Translations under genes and position numbers: made by a program
Notes under the pieces: model-generated
The model's input: the letters and a program-made list of their open reading frames with translations, nothing else
Told to the model about the DNA's origin: nothing
Databases searched by the model: none
Assembly (NCBI GenBank): GCA_964036045.1
Contig: OZ038378.1
Coordinates: 183,954,001-184,018,000, forward strand
Source: Eutreptiella sp. 'Long Island Sound 2002'
Lineage: Eukaryota; Protista; Euglenida
DNA length: 64,000 nucleotides
Direction of reading: 5' to 3'
In this document: positions 47,101 through 58,000 of the stretch, piece by piece
How positions within the stretch are numbered: position 1 is the stretch's first letter
Layout of the letters: each line of letters starts with the position of its first letter

Positions 47101-48437
47101 AAATGTATTCGTAGAAGCCAATTAAACCAGCAAGGCAAAACCATGTGGCACAAGGGAGCAAAGGCTCAACAACTCAAAGTAACATCGAACGTATGTTGGA
47201 CATAGGTTTTTTTGAACTTGTTATTTGTTCGTGGTATCCCATTACCTACCCCAAAACAATCAATGTGAAAGGGAAGCTTTCGGCTATTTGGACGCCCTTT
47301 GCGTAAAGTTGTTAACGTTTACAATTGAGGAAGCAAGCATTGTGATAGAGTTCGAGCATGCAAAAAGAAAATTCAGATGCGAGATGTCAAAACTGTATGC
47401 AAAGTTTGGTCCGAATTCAAAAAAATCCACATGGCTGTTCGACAAGCTGAGGGCGAGAGGCGGTGTTGTGAAGTCAACCCATCGCAAAAAGCATGATTAT
47501 TACTTTGGAAATAAAGTTAATTTAGTAACAGAATTTTAGATCACGAACGAAATCATTCCAATTCATTAAAAAAAATTAAGTGATGCCCGTCTATCGATGT
47601 CAAAACTTCAATAAGCATAATTCGAGAAGGGAGTTAGAGGTAGCTAAGGACGAAGATGAAGAACCTAATTGCCATGAGGAGGATGAGGAGGACACTCATC
47701 TCCCAGATTAGATTGCGGACTGCTTCCATATGAACACCTACACCACTCGCGGTGGATCATGGATGTGGGCAGGATGTTAAGAGTTAGGGCAGGATATCAT
47801 ACTTGACGAGTGCATGTTTGAAAAGCCCTTCTTTCCTTCCACCACCTCTTTGGGTACCCCTTTCGCTGTAGGATGTTTGAGGATTCAAAGTTGTTTCATA
47901 CACAGAAAAGAATCCACACTGGTTTGTCGTTTTATTTGACTTACAGTACCACAGTGTCTCCTCAGTGTCAACTCTCACAGTGCACAGCGCGAGCACTGGA
48001 CCTTGAGAACATAAGCCTAAAGGTGGAAGAAAGCTTTCGCACCAACTTACTGGCTTACCGTTGTAACTTTTCACAAGATGTACATATCTGCATTACAGCC
48101 TACCCTAATGAGTTCGCCAGATTGAACAGGTCAAAAGAAAAAGAGAGATGCGAAACACCAGCTGATGACGTTCCCCTGCATTAAAATCTGACCCACGGCC
48201 ACCTCCATACCTCCTCCCACGACCACTACTATTGGCACTATTAGTAGGCACCGCTGGTGACGCTTCACTAGATGTACAAATGCGAAAAGTTGTCCGTTGC
48301 TTCAAGGGAAGCACATTTCTGGTGGTGTAGTGGCATGCCGTGATCTGGAAGTTTAGCATCAAGGCCATCATGACAAGGGCATCCGGTGCTCCCTGGTCCC
48401 TGGTCCCTTGTTTATTTTTGGGGTTTTGCCGGCCCTG
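44142..48437 (-). mobile_element. Old, decayed hAT-like DNA transposon (~4.3 kb)
   Basis: Imperfect 19-bp TIR, CAGGGGTCGCAAAAGCCCA versus CAGGGCCGGCAAAACCCCA (15/19). Broken minus-strand frames carry hAT-like motifs: MLASSIVNVNNF, ADVLFLGVTL, IPDEAWFDVVGQVCVLV, YMVSALSP. No 8-bp TSD survives. Confidence 0.5.
44652..44825. repeat. 88-bp tandem duplication
   Basis: CCCGTGTGTTCCCAACCTTCTCACA...GAGAAC at 44666 and 44754. Confidence 0.9.
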
Positions 48438-49132
48438 CCCTCTTATTGAGAACGTGGTCGTCGATCCAAGGACTGGCCGGTTCGATTCCCGCTGGCCCCA
48501 AAACCTTGACGCGCTGCACGGCGATCGCTTGCGACCGCAACGTTAGGATCATAAAGTATGAGCGCGCTAAGGAGGAGGCATCCACTCTAGTGAATGCACA
48601 AGCATCACAAGATGTTGGTTCCTTAAGCTTAAGTGACCTTGCTGCTAAACCCGCCGCCAATGTGGCCCCAAGCCAAAGCCAAAGCCAAGTCCTAGACCTA
48701 GTGGAGGCAAGCCCAAGCCCCTGGCTACGGGTTCCATGGCAACTATAAATCACCACTTCCCTTCCTTGCCAGTGCCACCACTTCCTCCCGGATTCATATT
48801 GCCACTGGATGTGTTTACTCCATTCTACCAAGGTCACGTACAAGATGAGAACTCTGCCAAGCGGCCAAGGTTGATGTAGTTTCAATGAACACTCACCATT
48901 TTAGTGGATAGTGTATTTCTTGTGTTGTTGCCCATGCATGCGTGGTTGCTCGCCTCTCCTCCGGTAACAACCCGGTCTCTCAATAGGAACACGGTGGCGA
49001 ACATGAAGTACCCGTGCAAGGCCCAAATCCACACCGGTCTCTTATTCCTTTGGGCCCGCGGCCCGCTCCAATTTCCGGCTGTGGGTTGGGTCCCGGCAGC
49101 CGGACAGGAGACGATCACCATATAGGTCCCCC

Positions 49133-52092
49133 CACTACCCCACCACCTGTGACATTATAGTTAATCGAGTACGCGGGCGAAAATGCCATAAATATTATAC
49201 CTTTTCTGATAGCCGTGAGTGAGACCTACATCCCTATGCGTTTTCACCTGTACGATATGCGGATTTTAAGAATTCGTCGATTTGTGCCTGTCAGTGTGTC
49301 GAGGTGTATGATGCAGGGTTATACTTGCAGAATGTGTGCCAGTTACATGTTTGTATGTGTACCATTCACGTTGTAGTGTGCTTTTGGGCCATAGGATGTC
49401 ACTGCCTCCATTGCCTCCATTCGAGTACTGTTCCTACTACTGCGTCAAGTGCGACAATGGAGCGACGAAATGGGGGCGGGCACGCGCCCTAACAGACTCC
49501 GAGCGTGGCGAATTCAATAAACCGAAGAAAGCCAAGGGTACAAAGCGCATCCGAAAGGCCAAGAAACTCTGTGAGGCACACGGATCTGGTCCTGCCTCGT
49601 GGCAGAGAACATGGGACACTCAGTGTGTTGGGAGGAAGAGGCCTTTGGAACAGCCTGAGGATCCATCCACAAAAAACCCGAGGTGTGAGCCCACGGACAA
49701 AGGATCTCAGAAAAGTAGTGAAGGCTCTGAAAATGTGAAACACCCGGCATCGCAGCCAGCCACTGGTAACCCTCAGAAAATGTCTTGGCGACAGCAATAT
49801 TTCTGTATGATGACCAGGACTGCTGCACTGAGGAGGCAGTGTTGGATGGTGAGGAAAACTGCCAAGGGCCCTCTGTCATGGTTGGAGCTACTTGTCTTGC
49901 AGGCATTGGTCAAGAGACATGTGAAATCTGCAGGTGGTACACACATTCTCAAAGTACCAGCTCATGCTAGACATCACACATACATACGAACAGCAATGGC
50001 CAAGAAAACTGCTAACAAAGTGTCCTCTCGCCAGGTGTACCGCCGAATGGATGCAGTGCAAGAGTTCAGCAACCTGCATGGAGCCAGCCTTGATGGAACT
50101 GCTCTTATTCAGAAGAAGCTGAGTGGTAGATGGGCAGATGCAGAGTCCTACCAAGTGAACGTGCCTCAGTTGGGGACTCTTGAGCTCTGCTGCGACATGC
50201 GGGCTTCAAACTGTCAGCTGCAAGTGATGAGGTCTCATTTGACCTCTTGGGGCCTTGGTAGTGCACAGACAATGAGCATCACTCACCCACCTATTTTTTG
50301 GCTAGGGGTAGACTACTTACTGTCTGCCAGCACCTCTGCACTGCAACCAGGGTATCGTCACAAATGGCATGGATGCACTGGAGTCCCTCCTGGTGAAATT
50401 CGATAGGCAGCTGTGTACTGAGGGCCCCATTCCTGAGGCTCTGGAGGAGAGGAGACAGCGGTGGAACAATGCTGCTCTGCAGGTAGCTCAGTGTAAACAG
50501 GAGGTGGAGCTGAAGCTACGAAAGTTCCAGGAACTTCAGAATCGAATTGATGAGGCCAAACGAAAAATTGATGACCTCAATGTTGATTCGGACCAAAGTA
50601 GTGGTGACGAAGGCGACGCCGACGACGTCGGTCTGGCTTGGCTGGAACGGCGTCGTCGACAAAACCAACGAAGTCGTCGGCAGAGGTCTGAGCGTAGGGC
50701 TGTTCGATTCGCTTTGCAGGTAGGTGAGTTGGAGGAAGCAATGGGTCGCGCAAGGTGTGCCCTCCTGGGGGCCGAAGGCGAACTGAAACTCGGGACCCAA
50801 TTGCACGACACCAGTTATGAGGCTCTCGAAAGTGCTTCGGGTATACACATGGTGAGGTGGAAAACTGTTTGCAAGCAGTTTCGAGTGAACAAGGGAGCTT
50901 ACGTGGGTCATGGGTACACAGGTGATATCTGCAAGAAGATTTGTACACTAGAGGTGTGTGTTCCCCTCACGAATTGTCTTTTGGAAGAGTTTCGGCCGCA
51001 GTTACAGGTTCTAAAAAGGCTTCGAAAGAAGCTGAAGAGCAGCCGACACATTCCTGAGCTATTTCGAGAGGTCAAAGACAGGTATGAAGCAGCTAAAATG
51101 GAGCTGGACAACAATAACAGCTTCATTGCTCGACGCAAATTGAGGGACTCATTTCTGCAAAGGTTTCAAAAGTGGTCCCATGTGTACAGACTGTTGGCAG
51201 GTTCTATTAATTTCCGAGACACACCCAGGCTCCTTGACCTTCTTGAGCTTCAGTGTGCCTCCTTCAGTGGTTTTTTTGCCTCTGCCTTTCCTGAAACCCC
51301 CCCCACCCCCAAGCAGTACTTTGCTGTGACCTTTGGGCCCAGATTTGCTGGTATGCATGGCTTCCATGGTCATGCGGATGAGCAGCCCTCTGAGTCGCAC
51401 CATGCTGATGTTGCATTAAGCTATGCCCGTTTTTGCCACTGCAAAAGTGTAGAAACCAGTATGCTTGCCTGTTTTCGTCAGCTCCATGTTAGGAATAATG
51501 TAAAGGCTCTGCTTGGTACTGGGCCACAGGATCCATGATTCCAGGGCACATGCAACAATCCTGCCTTGCAGGTGGCATGCAGTGCTGCTACCTGTTGCTC
51601 GACTACACAGTGCTGTGAAATGTGCATTGAAATGCCACATAATCAGCCAGTCCCTGCCATTTTTGTTTTTGCATTTGCATCATGTGCCACTGATTCCATT
51701 TGCTTCTGTGTCCCATGCCATGTGTGACCTGTGCTCCCTTTCCCTCCGACACCTGCTTTGCTTCCCATAGGTGAGTTGAGCCAATCAGTGGGCCCTCCTG
51801 AACCAAAGGAAGGTACGAGGGAGTGATTTGGGAGGTTAGGAGTGTTGGCAGAACAATGGGGAACACTAGGGGGGAGCATACCAACAGTGGTGGAAAGCCC
51901 AGTAAGGAGGCCAATTTCGGGAGGGACCAAGAGGCCCTATTGCCCAAAAAAAAATTATTTCCCGGCCACCAAACGCACACTTAGGGAAGCACCAAGGTTT
52001 TTCTGAACCACCATGGGTTTCCCTAGGAAAAAGAACCAAGTGCTTCCCTAAGCACATAACGTCACTCCCAACACAAGGGTGGTGGGGTAGTG
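49133..52092 (+). mobile_element. Chapaev-like (Transib/RAG1-related) DNA transposon, internally deleted
   Basis: Perfect 15-bp TIR CACTACCCCACCACC (49133-47 and 52078-92). 4-bp CCCC duplication. Contains a transposase-like ORF pair. Confidence 0.8.
49336..51538 (+). pseudogene. RAG1/Chapaev-like transposase, one frameshift (~50318), catalytic core missing
   Basis: Joined frames give PPIFWLGVDY/CLPAPLHCNQGI, AYVGHGYTGDICKK and TPKQY...GHADEQPSESHH. These match the P.LH..LGI, YhGg.FvGN.c.K and TPK.H...EQ..ES.H motifs of this family. Confidence 0.7.
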
Positions 52093-52557
52093 CCCCAAGC
52101 GATCATCGAGCGATTTCTGTGGTCCCATCGAGTATTGTTTACATATTTAGCAATGCGACAATCTCAGTGATATGAATCAGAAGCGTCTGTATCACAAACC
52201 TTTTTGGTTGAAAACACCTTTTTGCCAGGAGAGCAATTTGTGCGGGCGGCAAAAGCAGGACTGCGCGCGTGCAAGTTGGGGGACCGTGGATGCAATTTGT
52301 TCAGCAGTGTGTACTGCAAAGACTGTACTCTGTAACTTCTGGTGTGTAAAGTCCAATTTACAGACCTGAGTTCTTACCAGTGAAAATGAGCGAAACATCA
52401 AGAAAACACGTTTTGTGTGTAACTGGTGGTGCAATGTCCTTGATTTCAGATCGCTTTAAGTGTTTTTCAATCTTTCCACCACAAGCAACTGACAATTAAG
52501 TACATTCCTTCAAGAGGTCGAATTGAAGTCTTGGCTCTCTTGAACCAAAAAACAAAG

Positions 52558-52612
52558 GCTGCTTGGCGCGCTTGGAGCGGGGCATGCCCCGCGTCCAAGC
52601 GCGCCAAGCAGC
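52558..52612. other. 55-bp near-perfect GC-rich palindrome
   Basis: GCTGCTTGGCGCGCTTGGA GCGGGGCATGCCCCGC G TCCAAGCGCGCCAAGCAGC. Confidence 0.95.
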
Positions 52613-53043
52613 TTCACAGGCCTCCTTTTTGGTTTTTGGTGCCTTTTTGAGCATGTTTCGTCACGAATTGTCTGTTATAAAGATATATCTATAGACTTCA
52701 AACATACACTTTACGTGCTATACCCACGCCTGTACCTAGTGCAACTTCACCCTTGCTTGTTGGCTACCTCTATTCTGGACGCTGGAGAGCAATGGCATGA
52801 GCTCGCGACTTGACCAAGCTTAGCATCCAGCGCTTTTCTGGGTGCGGATGATATTTGCTTTATATTATGTCCTCTTTGCGGAGTTTGTGAAAGAGCAGGT
52901 GGTGTGGTATGGTACCCTGATGCAATCGCGACTCAAGCTGTGAAGGTGGATAGCTGTTGGGTCGGTTCAAGGATGATTTGCATGTTTTTGTGTGGGAACT
53001 CCTCTCTGGTTATTCTTCTTCCTTCGAGAGGCTTTCCTTGCAG

Positions 53044-53467
53044 GTAACCACAAGTTGGGAGTGTCCCATGCAACAGAGTACAAAATTTTTGTGGTGATGT
53101 GCGCGGATTTTGTGGAAGACCGGTGGCAAAACCTACACGGCGCCTTGTTCAATATGCCGGCATTGGAAACCCTCCCCAACGATCAAAGAGAGATCACCCT
53201 CCTCCTAATTGCTTCTGCACATGACATTTTTGAGAAGCATGTGTTGCCCCGTGACGGTTTTACTTTCAGTACTAACCGCGTTGGAGAGACCATTCTTCAG
53301 TACATGCATGCATCGTTCCATGGGAATAAGAACACTCGCATGGTGCTAATCGCGGATCAGTTCATAGGGAACCGAAGCCAATATGTGGCCTATGTCATTG
53401 AGGATCCTACCACCATGGAGGAGTGCATGACCCGTGTGAGCACACGCCTTGCTTCCAAGGAATGCAG
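53044..53467 (+). CDS. Orphan coding exon or pseudogene fragment of unknown function (~141 aa)
   Basis: Acceptor ttccttgcag, donor tgcag|gtaaat. The translation is protein-like, but no motif was recognised. Confidence 0.4.
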
Positions 53468-55028
53468 GTAAATGACCTATAGCAAGCTGTGGTTGGAGCA
53501 CCTTGTGGAGGAGACGGTCCCAAGTGTGCAAGTTGTAAATAGCATGTATGGTTTGGATATGGCATGATTCACTCGCAGAGGAAACGAGTTTTTCCCGGTC
53601 TCATGCCGTGGGAGGTTTCCAATTCCTACACTCCCTTCAAATTGGGTTGGCTTGTTCCTTAATTTCAGATCATTTTCACTTGAAAAACAAACGTGTTAAC
53701 CTGTCCACAGTTTTGGCAGGGGGTTAACCCATTTTCCTCAATGAAAACGGGCTGTTAACCCGTTTTCATAATAAAATGGTGTTCGTGGCAAGGGGTACCT
53801 ATGTTAAAGCAAAGAACGTCATTATTTGACACCACCTATTTTGGACCCTTTTGTTCATTCAGGATATACATTTGGCAACTTTTGACCAAAGAGGCATTCA
53901 ACAGGCGTGCCAATATCTTATCATCCCTTTCCTTGCTCTTTGCCGCTGCCAACTTCGTACCATTGTGCGTGCATATATGAACACAAGGATGGCAATTGTT
54001 ATCCCAACAAAGGGCAACAAACAAGCAAAACCGGGCATTTAGATTTCATGAACGCCAATCTTATGACTTGTTCTGCATGCAGCCTAGATGCACTGTGACT
54101 TTTGTGTAGTGCTTGCCATTCGAAAAGTTGTGCCTTTGTGGTGTACCCAGGGCTCAAAAAGCCTGCATATGCTCTCTTGTGCCTATGGAAGTGCTTCCGG
54201 TTTGGGTGCTCGCCGCTAAGAAACCTTTCGCAAGTTGGCACAAGCACTACCATCCTAGGCCGCACCCTCGAATATGAATCAAGGTTGCCCGTGAATCAAA
54301 AGCTTCCGTTCGCATCGCAACACTAATGTGGGCTCGTACGCATCCACCCGGTTCACTTTAGGTGTGTTTTGTGTGCGGTGTAGCTTTTGATGCATCATTG
54401 GCTTGTACTTGCTTTCGCGAAAATCGTGATAGCAAATTGGCTTTGATCATTTGTCCCCATAGGAGTGTCATTTTGGAAACAAAGGTATTTCCTAAACGCA
54501 AGAGCTCATGCAAAATGGGAGGCACCTCTTACAAACTAAGGCGACAGAAAAAAGGAGGCACATCCTCCACACCAAGAGGCACGTCCATCCACACACGGGC
54601 GTTGTTAGTGCCTCCTCATCAACCACCATAAACTTCGCAAAAACATCTTTGCGGGGGGGGAAACATGGGGGCCAATGCTACCGATGCTGCAACTAGGACA
54701 AAAGCAAGGCTAGCCTTGTTATTGTGGGAAGTCACATTTCCAAAAGAAATTGTTGTGTACATGCAATGCATGCATCATTTCACACGGCAAAAAAGTCCAC
54801 ATCAGCACTCCATATGCTAAAGGCACCGCTGCACACGTCTGTTTACATCACAGGGTTTAGTGCATTGTTGAGAAGCGCTTTGTGCCCTGCTGCGTGTTGT
54901 AGTGTTGTAATGACCAAGCCGAAGAATATGGCTGGGTACATTGTTTGCTTGGCATGGGTTCTTTTGACCACCTTACAACTAGCTTTGGGCAACACATTTG
55001 TCATCATTGTTAAGATGTGTAAATGTGC

Positions 55029-58000
55029 ATGGTCCGGCTATGGGCATTGCTAGTGTGTGCCGAAGCGGTTTTGGCGTCAATATTGCGCCACCATGACTTC
55101 ACTGTTACGTTGTTGGATTCCATCATTGAAGACGTCCGCATTTACGTGTACCGTCCGCCACCACACCTCGAGAAGGCATTGGAGCTGGATGCGCCACCGC
55201 AAAAACCCTTCTTCCACTATGCTCGCTTGGAAACCTCCTTCCTTGCCGGTTTGCGAAACCTCTCTGCCGCGGGCCATGGCAGATTCGTGGATGACCCTCT
55301 CCAAGCGGACTGCTTCTGGGTGCCTCATACTTTGCATGCTCACTGGTGTGTGTGCATGTGTACGCACTCTCACCCCATGTGCTTGTCCAATTGTGTGTGT
55401 GCATGCGTGTGTAAACAACCTAAATGGATTGAATGGATGCAATATTGTCCCAAAAAAGACAAAGAGGGATGCAGGATTTTTGAAATATGCAATTGAACAA
55501 CAACTACCAGAACAATATGTATGTGATAGTGCACCTCCGTGAAATTATTCCATGTTGACTGCAAAACCACCATGCAAACCATTCGTTCATTTGTTTCTTG
55601 ATGTATTGAACGACGAGGTATTAAGAACGATTGATTTTTAGATGGTCGTGTTCCATGCCCCACATCCTGTGCATGTTGAGCATATGCATACGGTCCATAA
55701 AGATTATTGCTCTTTGATCCGATGCTCCTCTTGATGCATTGACAACTAATGTGACCTTAGCCTATTGGGTGATCAATGGACCACTCACCTCCCACACTTC
55801 CTTGTATGACTTTCGCACTCAGCTTCATGATCATCTGATGAGTTTGTGTTGGTGCTGAGCGTGCTCGTGTAAGTTGGGTAGTGTAGCAAACCTATGACAT
55901 GTACGACTCCCATCCACTAATCTGCCTCTAACTCTCCATGTACACAGGGCAAGCGTTCAGGAGCATCTAGAGCGAGAAGAGCGCCTTTGGGAAAAAGCCA
56001 AGAGCTATGTCCGGGAACATGTCGGCACCAACCTCAAAAGGCTTCAAACTATGCGACGAAAACCAAGAAAGTGCAGCCATGGCACAAAGCAAGCCATGGC
56101 ACAATGTGAGAGCGATCCTTCATTCAACATTCATGTACCTCTGCAGCCCACTTCAAGCGTAATGTGGTGATGAAGAATGATGAATGGGAACATTAGCGGG
56201 CCCTGCCCAAGTCCACTTGACGAGGAAACGCAAGGCCCATGTGGGAAGACTAGTTAAAAGCCCTTGGCCAACCACCAACACCATTCAATGCTTTATTAGT
56301 AACAAAGGGTTACCCACCCATATTCTTGCCCGAGTATACTCGCTCAAAAAGCGCAAAATTTTGCGCTTTTCTTGACATTCTTGTTCCGCGAAAGTGAAAA
56401 AAAGCTAACGAAGTGCAAAGTTTTGCGCAAAATCGACAAATTTTACGCTTTCTTTTGCACTATTTCGCAAGATTTCGCACATTTGCCCATGTCGAAAGTG
56501 CAAAGGGTTAGGGTGAGGAAGTGCAAATATGCAACTTTTTTTGCAAAATTTGAGTATACTTGGGCAAAAAGGGGGGTACAATACGGGTGGGTATAGTGGC
56601 GTGATTTGCATGTGCTAGGAACGATTACCAAGGGTCGCATGTGGATTAAAAGCTGGTGTAGGGTGATTTTTTCCAGTTGTTGCACCCCGACCACTTGTGG
56701 TGCTCAAATGGGTGTATCCAGGCCATTTTGAATTCTTTTGGACCCATGATGCTGAATGTGTGGGGCAACCTGGACTTGGTGACTTGAAGAGTCTCTCGTT
56801 GATGGTGAAGGTGTGTCTGGGCAGCAGTGATAGGCATGATTTCTAAGACGAGAAGAAATATATATACCTTCTCTGCTTTTGCACAAAATGATTTTTTCAG
56901 AGTACATGCCTTACCGACGTGCCAAGAATGTCCGTTTCATGCGCACATGGGTTCAAAAATACTCCCAAACTATCCTACATGGGGAGGAGTCATGCCACAT
57001 GCAGCATATCCCCGAGGTTGGCTGGTCAAGGGGAAACTCTGGTGGCATTTTACACAGTGGTGCAATGCGTTGCAAGCGTGTATCAAGGCAGTGTTCCATC
57101 AACATTCCGTTGTTGCACAAGCATGTCCCTTTTGTAGCAAAACTGGCCTCCATGGCTCTAGATCAATTCCGATAGAGACACATTTTCCAGTAGTTCATTT
57201 GAGTACTAGTGGATTACGTGAATGGCATCTTGCAAGGGCCAGACGTTTGGGAAGTTTTGCAGGGTGATTTCATGCTGCGCCCTACAAATTACCACAAACC
57301 TACAAAATTTTTTTCGGTTAATGTCCTTTTGACATCTGTTGAGCCTTTGCTTGTTGCCTTTGGCATTGCGTTGAACACGGGCCCGGGGCCTAATGCCAAT
57401 TTGTGCGAAAGCAGTACAGCAATACACACAAATAGTAGTAGCTTAGCGGATCCTGACATAGTGGTTATTGAGAAGCTTGTCTCGTGCGTATGGATGATGC
57501 GGCTTTCAAACAAGCGTGTGGCCCACTCTCTCATCAAACACAAATTAATGCATGTTTTTTGCACTGTGCATCCCCGCGTTACCCCTGGGGTGCGAGGGGT
57601 TGATGCATGTTGAGCACAGGTTGCTTTTTTGACAATGGTGAGCCCCCACTGGAGTCCACTCGTTTGTTGTGCATTGTGCACACATCGTTGCGAATGGATA
57701 TGTCTTGCCAAAAGATAAAACCTCGAACCCTAGTTGGTCATGGTTGTCCGTGATGATCCTGTTTGATCTTGGTTGTTCCCTGGCATTGAGGGGTGTCGCC
57801 AACATATGATAAGTTGGGTACAATGATGCCAAAGCATCTACATCCCAAGCTTCCCACAAGATATCAAAGGTTCGAACTTATTCAGAACAACTCACAAAAC
57901 TAGATGGGTCCGGGAGATGACCTACCCACTAATTACCCCCTACGTCAAAGGTACCTCCATCCAAGAGCCACCATTCCCAGTGGGCCATGACCAAACTTTT

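Noticed and set aside
48150-48200. GAAA and CTGATGA hammerhead-like cores (also CTGATGA at 621, 703, 40761, 55835)
   Set aside because: Spacing and flanking stems do not fit any hammerhead topology.
48420-48500. tRNA-like or SINE head suggested by GGTTCGATTCC
   Set aside because: No A box, D arm or anticodon arm, a mismatched T stem, and the putative 5' stem overlaps the hAT TIR.
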